From Candidatus Aminicenantales bacterium (GTDB lineage Bacteria; Acidobacteriota; Aminicenantia; Aminicenantales; Aminicenantaceae): 64,000 nucleotides of DNA. Location: NCBI GenBank assembly GCA_046760305.1, contig JBHIDX010000001.1, positions 13,124-77,123 on the forward strand, written 5' to 3'. The position numbers and the translations under genes are program-made. The notes beneath the pieces were generated by a model. That model worked only from the letters and a program-made list of their open reading frames with translations, was not told where the DNA came from and searched no databases. Of this stretch, positions 8,998 to 17,758 are shown piece by piece. Numbering within the stretch: position 1 is the first letter of the stretch; each line of letters opens with the position of its first letter.

Positions 8998-9615
8998 TTG
9001 AAAGGATTCCAGCTAGAAAAAAAGTACCTCAAGATGGGGTACAGGACGATTGCCGGTGTTGATGAGGCGGGAAGGGGAGCCCTCTTCGGACCGGTGGTGG
9101 CAGCAGCAGTCATCCTCCCTCGCCGTTTTATCCTCAACGAGGGAAGACGGGAAATTGAGGAAGTCGACGATTCAAAGAGTCTTTCGCCTCGCAAGAGGAG
9201 AAGGCTTGCTTGGTTTATCCTCAGTGAGGCACTAGCAGTAGGGGTGGGAGTGGTGACAAACACCGAGATTGAGAGAAAAAATATCCACCACGCCTCTCTT
9301 GAAGCCATGAAGAGGGCGATAAGGCGCCTTAAAATCTCTCCTGAAATTATCCTCGTTGACGGCTACTCGCTCAAAGACCCGAATTTTAACCACATCTCTA
9401 TTCCTCAGGGAGATAGGAAATGCCTCTCCATAGCAGCCGCCTCAATTGTGGCCAAAGTCGTCAGAGATAAGATGATGGTCCTCATAGACAAAGTCTATTG
9501 TGGCTATTCTCTGGGGAAGAATAAAGGTTACGGCACCAGAGAGCACTTCCAGGCTTTAAAGGAGAAAGGCCCGACTCCTTTTCACAGACAGACCTTTAAT
9601 CTAGGGCTGGGATAA
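8998..9615 (+). CDS. rnhB: ribonuclease HII
   Basis: IAGVDEAGRGALFGPVVAAAV and the DDSKSLS catalytic motifs. TTG start at 8998, with an alternative ATG at 9034. Confidence 0.93.
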   Translation: MKGFQLEKKYLKMGYRTIAGVDEAGRGALFGPVVAAAVILPRRFILNEGRREIEEVDDSKSLSPRKRRRLAWFILSEALAVGVGVVTNTEIERKNIHHASLEAMKRAIRRLKISPEIILVDGYSLKDPNFNHISIPQGDRKCLSIAAASIVAKVVRDKMMVLIDKVYCGYSLGKNKGYGTREHFQALKEKGPTPFHRQTFNLGLG

Positions 9616-9616
9616 A

Positions 9617-11698
9617 ATGTTCATCAAGCGGGACAGAGTAAAGAAGACAGAGGTAGCTGAGAAGTACATCAAGGCAGGAAAATTTAGGGAGGCTATCAGA
9701 GTATACAAAGAAATTCTTAGCACTGAACCAGAGGATATCAATCTCATCAACATCATCGGCGATCTATACGTCAGGTTAGGAGAAAAAAAGAGTGCCCAGG
9801 AAGAATTCCAGAAAATAGCCGCTCACTACGAGGAAAAAGGACTCTACGCTCAGGCCATTGCCATCTATAAAAAGATTATCAAACTCAACCCGGAAGATAA
9901 AGAAACAGTGGTGAAGCTTGCTGACCTGTTGAGAAGCTACGGCCATACGGAAGAAGCAAGGAAAGAGTATCTGAGGATTGCTGAGGAACTGAAAAAGGCA
10001 GGCAGGCAGGATGAGGCAATCCCGCTCTTCGAGAAGCTGGTCAGGCTTGAGAGCAGTGATATCTCCTCCCGTCTTACCCTGGGAGAAATGTATCAGGAAG
10101 CGGGAAGAATTGATGACGCTCTCGTTCAGTTAAATGCTGTGGCTGAGCTGAGAATCAGGGAGGGGAAGCTCAAAGAAGCCGAGGAAGTACTCATCAGAGC
10201 AAATGGCCTTAAGGAAAATGATGAGAGAACTGTGAGCAATCTTTTCAACCTCTTCCTCAAAAAAGAGAGGAAAAAGGAGGCTTTTGCTCTCCTGAACTCA
10301 GCTTTAAAAAAGGATAAAAAGAACCCCAGGTTTCTTCATTTACTCGGAACACTCTATTTTGAGGACGGGAACTTAGAAAAGGCAAAGGAAGTCTTCAACC
10401 AGATTAAAGAGCTTAAAAGCCTGGGACCCGAAACCAGGGTCAAACTGGGGCGCATTTACATCCAGGAAGGAAACCTCGAGACAGCTTACGAGCTCTTTGA
10501 GCCAGTGGTTGAGGCGCTTCTCGCCCGAGATAGGGTGGAAAAGGCGGTGGGACTTCTTGGACTCATCCTTTCTTCGAAAAAAATTCACCTTCCCACTCTG
10601 GAGAAGCTGGTCTCGATTTACGAATCCAGCGGTCAGAATGAGAAACTTGAGACAGCCTACAGAGTTATTCTCGAGGAATACAGGGAAAGGGGTTTAAAAG
10701 AGAAGGCGTTTTCTATCCTCCACAACCTTTTGAGAATATGCCCTGGAGACGAAGAGCTCCTTGACCTCCACCGGAGACTGGAGAAAGAACTGAGGCCTGA
10801 AGAGAAAGAAAAAGAGATTTCTTCTCTTACTGATGAGGACAGGGAAGCCATGAGGATGAAGCTGTCAAAGGTAGAACTGTGTCTGGAGGAGGGGAACCTC
10901 AGAGACGCACGCAGGATTCTCGATGAGCTGAAAGCAGATTACGGAGAAGAGGAAAAGATTGACGAAAAAATTGCCCTTCTCGATGAAATCAGGACAAGAG
11001 TGGAGAAAGGAGAGGTTGAGGAGAGAGCTGAAAGGATTGAGGAGGAGAAACCTAGGGAGAAAAAGCCTGGGAGAGGAGAAGAGGAGAAGGTTTCCGTGGC
11101 TGAAATCTTTGGCGAGACAGATATAATGCCTGAGATTGTGAGCGAAGTGAGTGAATCCCGTTATTATGACCTGGCACAAGTTGTGAGTGGTGAGCTTAAG
11201 GTTATCGAGGAAATCGTCCAGCATCAGTTGAAAGGAAAAACTGAGACTTTTGAACATGAGCTTTCAGAGATAATTTCAAAATTCAGAAAAGAAATAGAAG
11301 AGAAGATAGACCGCAAGGATGCTGAAGCGCATTATAACCTTGGAGTAGCATTCCTGGAACAGGGGCTGATTGATGAGGCCCTGGTTGAGTTTGAGGTAGC
11401 AAGTCGTGAGGGGAGCCGTGCGGTGGATTGTTACAGCATCATCAGCCAGTGCTACAAGCAGAAGAAGGATTATCAGGAAGCAGTAAAATGGGCTGAGAAA
11501 GGACTGGGGCTTACAGAAAAAGGCTCAGCCCAGCACCTCTCGCTTTGCTATGACCTGGCCGTACTCTACGAAGAAATGAAGAAGAAGAAAAAAGCTCTCG
11601 AGCTCTATGAGGAGATTGGAAAGATAAGCCCAGACTATAGGGCCGTTTCTGAGAGGATTAAGAAGTTAAAAAAATCCTCTACTCGAAAATCAAGCTGA
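9617..11698 (+). CDS. tetratricopeptide-repeat protein with a central Glu/Lys-rich region
   Basis: TPR-like 34-aa periodicity at both ends (for example AEAHYNLGVAFLEQGLIDEALVEFEVA). The middle is an acidic/basic low-complexity segment. No catalytic motif recognised. Confidence 0.75.
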   Translation: MFIKRDRVKKTEVAEKYIKAGKFREAIRVYKEILSTEPEDINLINIIGDLYVRLGEKKSAQEEFQKIAAHYEEKGLYAQAIAIYKKIIKLNPEDKETVVKLADLLRSYGHTEEARKEYLRIAEELKKAGRQDEAIPLFEKLVRLESSDISSRLTLGEMYQEAGRIDDALVQLNAVAELRIREGKLKEAEEVLIRANGLKENDERTVSNLFNLFLKKERKKEAFALLNSALKKDKKNPRFLHLLGTLYFEDGNLEKAKEVFNQIKELKSLGPETRVKLGRIYIQEGNLETAYELFEPVVEALLARDRVEKAVGLLGLILSSKKIHLPTLEKLVSIYESSGQNEKLETAYRVILEEYRERGLKEKAFSILHNLLRICPGDEELLDLHRRLEKELRPEEKEKEISSLTDEDREAMRMKLSKVELCLEEGNLRDARRILDELKADYGEEEKIDEKIALLDEIRTRVEKGEVEERAERIEEEKPREKKPGRGEEEKVSVAEIFGETDIMPEIVSEVSESRYYDLAQVVSGELKVIEEIVQHQLKGKTETFEHELSEIISKFRKEIEEKIDRKDAEAHYNLGVAFLEQGLIDEALVEFEVASREGSRAVDCYSIISQCYKQKKDYQEAVKWAEKGLGLTEKGSAQHLSLCYDLAVLYEEMKKKKKALELYEEIGKISPDYRAVSERIKKLKKSSTRKSS

Positions 11699-11930
11699 AT
11701 AGCCTTCAAGAGAATGCTAATCCTTTTTTAAAGCCCATCTCCTGCCCTTTACATATTAGCCAGAAGCAAGCCCTTTCTTCAGTCCTGATCACATTCCTCA
11801 TCACAGATTTAAAGATGCTTCTGCAATATCCTGTTAGTCCCCGACCGAGGTGAGAAAATCGACTAGGGGAGAGCGTTTTTCTTTGTGGAAAAGAGACGAA
11901 GAATAAAGTCTGGAACTTGAGGAGATAGAG

Positions 11931-12926
11931 ATGATTGATGATATTTTTATGTCTTCTGAACCTGAACTCATCGGACATAGTAAAGCATTCCGGAGGATTC
12001 TTTCCCTTATCGATAGGGTAAAGGATAACGATGCCCCGGTCTTTATCTATGGAGAGAGCGGAACGGGGAAGGAGCTCATTGCCAAGGCAATTCATTTTCG
12101 CGGCAGGCGGTGGAGGGGGAAGTTTGTTGTTGTTAACTGTGGCGCCATTCCTGACCATCTTATTGAAGCAGAATTATTTGGTTATGTGAGGGGTGCTTTT
12201 ACCGGAGCTTACAGGGATAAACCAGGTCTCATTGAGGAAGCAGACAGGGGTTCTTTTTTTCTTGATGAAATCGGTGACCTCTCGCTTAATCTTCAGGCAA
12301 AGCTTCTCCGCGTTCTTCAGGAGAGAGAGATAAGAAGAGTGGGGGAGAACAGAGTGCGCCGGGTCAACGTCAGGTTTATGAGCGCCACAAACAAGGATAT
12401 TGAGAGAGAGGTAGAGAGAGGAAAATTCAGGGAAGATTTATACTATCGTCTTAAGATAATCACCATTCATGTAACTCCTTTAAGAGAGAGGAGGGAGGAC
12501 CTTTTTTTCCTCATCAACCATTTTGTCAGCAAATACAGCCAGGAGATGAAGAGGGAAGGCGTTACCGTTTCCCCACGTGCCTTCGAACTCTTAATGGAGT
12601 ACGACTGGCCGGGCAATGTGAGAGAGCTTCAGAACGAAATCCAGCGCTGCTTGATTCTGGCTGGCGAAGATGGGGTGCTCAAGGAGGAAAATCTCTCTTC
12701 GAAGATTAATCCCCATAAGGTAAAATTCTCTTCAGCTACTTATAACTATTTTCAGGCAAAGGCTGATTTTGAGAAGCGGTTTCTCAACCAGGCGCTGGCC
12801 AGGTTTGGATATAACAAATCAAGAACCGCAGAGGAGATAGGCATAACCAGGCAGGGCCTGTTCAAGCTGATGAAAAAACACAATCTCGAGAAAAAAGAAG
12901 AGCAAGTTTTAAAGGACAGGATGTGA
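11931..12926 (+). CDS. sigma54-dependent transcriptional activator (bEBP) lacking any N-terminal sensory or receiver domain (PspF-like architecture)
   Basis: The AAA+ domain starts about 10 aa from the N-terminus. It has Walker A GESGTGKE, the GAFTGA loop (VRGAFTGAY), Walker B FFLDEIG and ELQNEI. C-terminal Fis-type HTH (KSRTAEEIGITRQGLFKLMKK). Confidence 0.9.
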   Translation: MIDDIFMSSEPELIGHSKAFRRILSLIDRVKDNDAPVFIYGESGTGKELIAKAIHFRGRRWRGKFVVVNCGAIPDHLIEAELFGYVRGAFTGAYRDKPGLIEEADRGSFFLDEIGDLSLNLQAKLLRVLQEREIRRVGENRVRRVNVRFMSATNKDIEREVERGKFREDLYYRLKIITIHVTPLRERREDLFFLINHFVSKYSQEMKREGVTVSPRAFELLMEYDWPGNVRELQNEIQRCLILAGEDGVLKEENLSSKINPHKVKFSSATYNYFQAKADFEKRFLNQALARFGYNKSRTAEEIGITRQGLFKLMKKHNLEKKEEQVLKDRM

Positions 12927-12998
12927 GAGGTTTGGAAAAATCTTAAGATGCTTCGCAGACTTTACTCTATCCTTTTTTTCTGTTAAATTTCTTAACGT

Positions 12999-13280
12999 AT
13001 GGGTTCTTCAAAAGAGAAAAAAATAATTCAGACCCGATGTCCAGTCTGTCATTCACTTCTCTGGGTAGACTCCTCAACCGAAGAGGTAATAAAGCTTGAA
13101 AAGGGGAAAAAGAGGAAGGACTCTCTGGAGAACCTGCTCTTGAAAGAGAAGAAAAGAAGGGAAGCATTTGAACACAAGTTTGAAGCAACTGCCGAACTTG
13201 AGAAAAAAAGGCTGGAGAAGACCAAGGAAGAGTTTGAGAAAGCCCTGAGTAAGCTTGACTCAGACAAAAAGAGTCGCTAG
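12999..13280 (+). CDS. small hypothetical protein with a single CxxC knuckle and a Lys/Glu coiled-coil tail
   Basis: The 93-aa ORF starts KKIIQTRCPVCHSLLWVD, like the first half of an MJ0042-type zinc ribbon. It continues as a charged helix (KKRREAFEHKFEATAELEKKRLEKTKEEFEKAL). Sits directly downstream of the bEBP. Confidence 0.5.
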   Translation: MGSSKEKKIIQTRCPVCHSLLWVDSSTEEVIKLEKGKKRKDSLENLLLKEKKRREAFEHKFEATAELEKKRLEKTKEEFEKALSKLDSDKKSR

Positions 13281-14704
13281 CTTCCGATCTGTGTCTCGTC
13301 CTCTCTTATCCTGGGAGCCATGGTGAATTTAGTGAAGCCGAAAACAGCCAGGATGATGACAGCAACATAATTCATCACAGCCCAGGGAAGGTAAGAGAAT
13401 GTCGATACTCCGATAGTTCCTGTGATGTAAACCCCGGCCATACTCCAGGGGATGAGGGGAACGATGATGGCTCCGCTCTCCTCGATAATTCGCGAAAGGT
13501 TTTTAGCTGCCAGTCCATTTTTCCGGTACACAGGGGCAAGAAGTTCGCCAGGAATAATCATCGACAGGTAGGAGCTTCCGGTGACAAGAGCGGTGACAAT
13601 GGCCGAGCTTATTGTGGTCAGGACAATGCTCCATACCTTGTTTGCGAATTTCATCACCCGGTCGAGGATGACTGAAAGAAGTCCGGTACGCTGCATGATG
13701 CCGCCAAAAGAGAAAGCGGTAAAGGCTACAAGCTGAGTCTCCATCATGCTCATCATCCCGCCCCGGCTTATGAGTTGGTCCACAGCATCAACTCCGGTGT
13801 GGGCCTGGTAGCCGGTGTTCATAGCGGTGGCTACCTCAGTGATGGACGCCTTCTGAAAGATAAGGGCTAGGATTCCAGCCAGAAAGGAGGAAAGGAGCAT
13901 GCCAGGAATGGTAGGCTTTTTAGTAAAGGCGAAGTAGAAGACAACGGCCATGGGAAGAAGAAGCAGGATGTTGAAGTTGAAATTAGTTTTTATCGTTTCG
14001 GTAATGAGATTCATCGTTTCAGACTCAACCGCCTTTGCTTCGTATCCAAGGCCAACGAGAAAGTAGACAAAAAGCCCTATAAACCAGGCAGGGGTGGCTG
14101 ACCAGAGCATGTGCTTGATGTGGTCGAAGAGGTTGGAGCCTGCTGCCACTGGCGCAAGGTTTGTCACATCCGAGAAAGGAGACATTTTGTCCCCGAAATA
14201 AGCGCCGGCAACGATAGCTCCTGCAGCAGGGCCAAGAGGGACTCCGAGTCCCATGGCGATACCGATAAAGGCCACTCCAAGAGTGCCGATTGTCCCCCAC
14301 GAAGTGCCAGTGGCAAGTGAGGTTATGCTGCACACAAAGCAAGCGGTGACAAGGAAAAATTTGGGAGAGATGAGCTTGAGGCCATAGTAGATGACCATGG
14401 GGATGGTGCCGCATACAATCCAGGAACCGATGAGAATACCCACACAGAGCATGATGAGGATAGCAGGCATAGCTTTGTGAATGCTGTCCACTATGCCGCG
14501 CTCCATGTCCTGCCATTTGAAGCGGAGAGCAAAGCCGAGAATTCCGGTCAGAAAGGCGGCGGTAACGAGAAGAACCTGGGGTCTTATCTTGTAAATTCCA
14601 TAGCCAACTCCAAGGAGAAGTCCCATGGCGATAAGGGGGATAAGGGCCACACCAAAGCTGACCTGTCGAGGCTTAGCCTGTTTTTTTTCGCCTTCTTTTT
14701 TCAT
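13277..14704 (-). CDS. nhaC: Na+/H+ antiporter, NhaC family
   Basis: 475-aa polytopic membrane protein with an NhaC-like pattern (GTSWGTIGTLGVAFIGIA, AGAYFGDKMSPFSD). Confidence 0.85.
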   Translation of the reverse strand: MKKEGEKKQAKPRQVSFGVALIPLIAMGLLLGVGYGIYKIRPQVLLVTAAFLTGILGFALRFKWQDMERGIVDSIHKAMPAILIMLCVGILIGSWIVCGTIPMVIYYGLKLISPKFFLVTACFVCSITSLATGTSWGTIGTLGVAFIGIAMGLGVPLGPAAGAIVAGAYFGDKMSPFSDVTNLAPVAAGSNLFDHIKHMLWSATPAWFIGLFVYFLVGLGYEAKAVESETMNLITETIKTNFNFNILLLLPMAVVFYFAFTKKPTIPGMLLSSFLAGILALIFQKASITEVATAMNTGYQAHTGVDAVDQLISRGGMMSMMETQLVAFTAFSFGGIMQRTGLLSVILDRVMKFANKVWSIVLTTISSAIVTALVTGSSYLSMIIPGELLAPVYRKNGLAAKNLSRIIEESGAIIVPLIPWSMAGVYITGTIGVSTFSYLPWAVMNYVAVIILAVFGFTKFTMAPRIREDETQIGS

Positions 14705-14714
14705 TTTTTTCCTT

Positions 14715-15890
14715 TCACCGGGAGTAGAAAGTACCTCTGAGCTGGAGTTTCCCTTCCTTCAAGGCGTGCTTTCCGAGCGAAAAGCAGTCAGTAAGGTTGA
14801 AGTCTGTGTCGAAAAGGAGGAGGTCTGCGTCCATTCCGGCTTTTATTTCTCCTTTGGAGAGAAGTTTGTAGAAACGAGCAGCGTTTGTGGAGAAGAGACG
14901 CGCTGTGTCCTCGATGGAAAGGATTTTTTCCTTGATTAGAGACTTAAATGTATTGATAAAATCTTTCTGGGTAGCAATAGTAAGTCCGGCCAGATTTCCT
15001 TCCTCATCAAAGACAGGCAGGCTGCCGTTGCTGTCAGAGCTTAAGGTAATACGGTCGAGAGGAACCTTATTTTTCTGGCAGAGAAGCACAGCTTTTTCAA
15101 CCGAGAGGCCCAGTTTGTCCCAGGACTCTCTGCCCAGGCCTGTGGTGAGGTCGATGTAGCCGCCCGAGAGAGCATATCTCATTGCTTCCTCCAAGAGAGC
15201 CGGATTACGATTGACATGAGTGGGGATGACCTGGGTGGGAGGGATTTCTGTTTCTTTAATGAGCCTGAAAAGAAACTCAAGTCTTCGCTCTCCATCTCCA
15301 AGATGAAGATGAAGAACCCCAGCTTTTCCTCCCAAGAGACCACCCACCCGACATTCGGCTGCCAGGCGAGCGATTTCCTCGAAGCTCGGTTGTGATGAAC
15401 GGTGGTCTGAAACTGCAAGCTCTCCAGCCCCGATAACTTTGTCGATGATGACCAGGTCTCGGCGGATGCTTCCCGTGATTGTTGGCACGGGAATTTCATA
15501 TGAACCGGAGAAGATGTAAGTTGTCACTCCTTCGAGCTCAAGAGCTCTCGCTTTGGCCAGCAGAGATTCCATATGGCGGGTTATACTGTCTGTGCCCAGA
15601 CAGCCTATGAGAGTCGTTACTCCACTGGAAATGATATCCTCAACTTTTATTTCAGGAGCACGGGTCGAAGGGCCACCCTCGCCACCTCCTCCCAGAATGT
15701 GGACGTGGGTATCGATGAAACCGGGTACAATAACCTTATCCGAAGCATCATATGTGTTTACTTCCAAGCCTTTGATGTGCACTCTTCCTGGCTCACTCAC
15801 AGCGCCGATTTTTTTATCCAGGACAAGAATGTCTTTTCTGCCCAGAGGATGGGGTGAATATATATTTCCTCCACAGATGAGAGTGATCAT
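14715..15890 (-). CDS. iadA: beta-aspartyl (isoaspartyl) dipeptidase
   Basis: Amidohydrolase motif GFIDTHVHILGGGGEGGPSTR and overall IadA-like length of 391 aa. Confidence 0.88.
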   Translation of the reverse strand: MITLICGGNIYSPHPLGRKDILVLDKKIGAVSEPGRVHIKGLEVNTYDASDKVIVPGFIDTHVHILGGGGEGGPSTRAPEIKVEDIISSGVTTLIGCLGTDSITRHMESLLAKARALELEGVTTYIFSGSYEIPVPTITGSIRRDLVIIDKVIGAGELAVSDHRSSQPSFEEIARLAAECRVGGLLGGKAGVLHLHLGDGERRLEFLFRLIKETEIPPTQVIPTHVNRNPALLEEAMRYALSGGYIDLTTGLGRESWDKLGLSVEKAVLLCQKNKVPLDRITLSSDSNGSLPVFDEEGNLAGLTIATQKDFINTFKSLIKEKILSIEDTARLFSTNAARFYKLLSKGEIKAGMDADLLLFDTDFNLTDCFSLGKHALKEGKLQLRGTFYSR

Positions 15891-16059
15891 CGCCGCCTCC
15901 TCGAACCGAGATTATCAAGCCCAATGGCTCTTTTCTGGGGTAAATTATCATGTCTTATTTCACTTTTCAAGGAAGCATTTTCCATACTTGGCCTTTCTCT
16001 TTTTAGTGATTTTTTTTGGGGGTTGAATTATAATCAAAGAGAAGTGAGCGGAGAGGCTG

Positions 16060-16818
16060 ATGACATTTGAGGAAGAGTTTGAAAGATTCAGGCCTGTGAT
16101 TAAATGGCTGAGCGACATCTGCCTTATGGGCAAAAAAATCAAGGTCAAAGGCAATGAAAACTTTATTAGAAAAGGATGCAATATAATCGTCGGCAACCAT
16201 ATCGGAAGCTTCAAGGATGTCGCCACCCTGCTTAAAATCGTACCCCGGCCCGTTTTTTTCACTGCTAACAGAGAAATCTTTAGCCGGGAAGAGTTCAGCC
16301 ATCTCATCAGCAAGCACCTACGCCGACATATGAAAAACATCGGCCTTTTTATGGAGGTGGTGCTCCACCCGATAAAAACGACTTTCGTTAATTACATTTC
16401 CACCAACATTGCCAAGGTGGGAACTATTCCCGTTGACCTCTCTCAAAAAACAAAGCTTGCTGTAGAAAAAATTCAAGACTACCTGAAACAGGGAAGAGCT
16501 ATTATCGCCCTCCAGGGCTATGGACGGGTGAGGACAGATTTGTCACATCCATACGTTCCTCCCTTCAAGAGAGGGACAGCGTTCATTGCCTATAATCTAT
16601 ATCAGGAAGGAATCTCAGTCCCTTTTACTCCTCTTGCTTTCCATGGGACTCACTTTCCTTATATAGTTCCCAAAGAAATTCAGGTTAATGTTGGTGAACC
16701 GATGTACATCTCAGATTATATCGGTGGTAGCTTGGAAGAAGTAGTGGAAGCTTTTCGTTCTGCTCTTGAAATGAGGGTCAAGGAACTTTTTTCAGAGCTT
16801 ATAGGCAGCACTAGATGA
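16060..16818 (+). CDS. lysophospholipid (1-acyl-sn-glycerol-3-phosphate-type) acyltransferase family protein
   Basis: VGNHIGSFKD is an HX4-5D acyltransferase-like box near the N-terminus. PlsC-like size. The assignment is by pattern only. Confidence 0.6.
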   Translation: MTFEEEFERFRPVIKWLSDICLMGKKIKVKGNENFIRKGCNIIVGNHIGSFKDVATLLKIVPRPVFFTANREIFSREEFSHLISKHLRRHMKNIGLFMEVVLHPIKTTFVNYISTNIAKVGTIPVDLSQKTKLAVEKIQDYLKQGRAIIALQGYGRVRTDLSHPYVPPFKRGTAFIAYNLYQEGISVPFTPLAFHGTHFPYIVPKEIQVNVGEPMYISDYIGGSLEEVVEAFRSALEMRVKELFSELIGSTR

Positions 16819-17758
16819 GAAACCTGCCGTTTCGGGCAATAAGCTTCCCCTTAGCTCTGATAGTAGCCCTGTCCACCAGGGCATCATAGTGGTGCTTGCT
16901 ACGATTTTTCCCCAGACCGTAGGAGTCGCCAATGGCAAAGTGAACTGTGCCAAAAGCTTTCTCAGCCTCGAGCATGTTGGCCGTGATTCTTGCCCTCCTG
17001 TTTGTTCCGATTCCGAATTCTCCTATTGTTTTTCCGCTTTCGTCCTGCCCGATGTTGTTCACGATTTCCTCGATTCCCTTGCCTTCATAGCGGCAGAGTC
17101 TGCCTTTCTCAAACTCCATAACACCCCGGCCCAGTTTGTCGTCGATGAGGCTTATAACCAGCATGCCGCTGAATGTCTCTTCCACCGGCGCGGTGAAGCA
17201 TTCCCCTGCAGGAAGATTGCCGTGACTCCCCTTGCGGCTGATATCTCCATTGTCATTGTGCCATTTCCTCCCTTTGACGCTGAACTCAATTCTTGTCCCT
17301 TCAGGGTTTTCTACCACCATCTTCTCAGTATCTTTAAGAGCCCGAATCACCTTTCTGGTGAAGAGGTCCATTTCTTTAAAATCTACATTGACCAGCCGTT
17401 CCATCATTTCCCGTGTTAATCCAGGCATCATGCAGATGCGGCCGTGTTCCATTCCGGCTTTGACCATGTAGCCACGAAACGGCTTTTCCTCGATTCTTGC
17501 TTCAAGCATGTAAGCGATGACGTCTGCCTTTGTGGCCAATTCTTTGAAAAGCTTTGTCGGTGCAGTGATGGGTCTCAGGGTTTCGGTCATCAAATAGGTT
17601 GTCGTCTCAGCCCCGACTTGCTTTGCCCAGTAAGCGAGAGCCTCAGCTATTTCAAGCTTTTCTCTGTCAGTCACGAGGAGGAAATTCTCTCTCCGCCGTA
17701 AGCGGAGAGATTGTTTAATTGCCTTTTCCGCTGCTGTGGAGAGCGGGCTCTTCCTCAT
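16811..17758 (-). CDS. M29-family aminopeptidase (AmpS/PepS-like)
   Basis: C-terminal GIGTNRRARITANMLEAEKAFGTVHFAIGDSYG matches the conserved M29 metal-binding region. Confidence 0.75.
   Translation of the reverse strand: MRKSPLSTAAEKAIKQSLRLRRRENFLLVTDREKLEIAEALAYWAKQVGAETTTYLMTETLRPITAPTKLFKELATKADVIAYMLEARIEEKPFRGYMVKAGMEHGRICMMPGLTREMMERLVNVDFKEMDLFTRKVIRALKDTEKMVVENPEGTRIEFSVKGRKWHNDNGDISRKGSHGNLPAGECFTAPVEETFSGMLVISLIDDKLGRGVMEFEKGRLCRYEGKGIEEIVNNIGQDESGKTIGEFGIGTNRRARITANMLEAEKAFGTVHFAIGDSYGLGKNRSKHHYDALVDRATIRAKGKLIARNGRFLI

Noticed and set aside
11706-12158. 150-aa minus-strand ORF overlapping the start of the sigma54 activator
   Set aside because: It has no Shine-Dalgarno site and no recognisable domain. 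It overlaps the Walker A region of a confidently called gene in antisense.
14025-14516. 163-aa ORF inside the nhaC region, plus several 60-100-aa ORFs across 14111-14939
   Set aside because: These are alternative frames of the NhaC and IadA genes. Their composition is His/Arg/Cys-rich and unlike real proteins, and the NhaC frame has clear family motifs.
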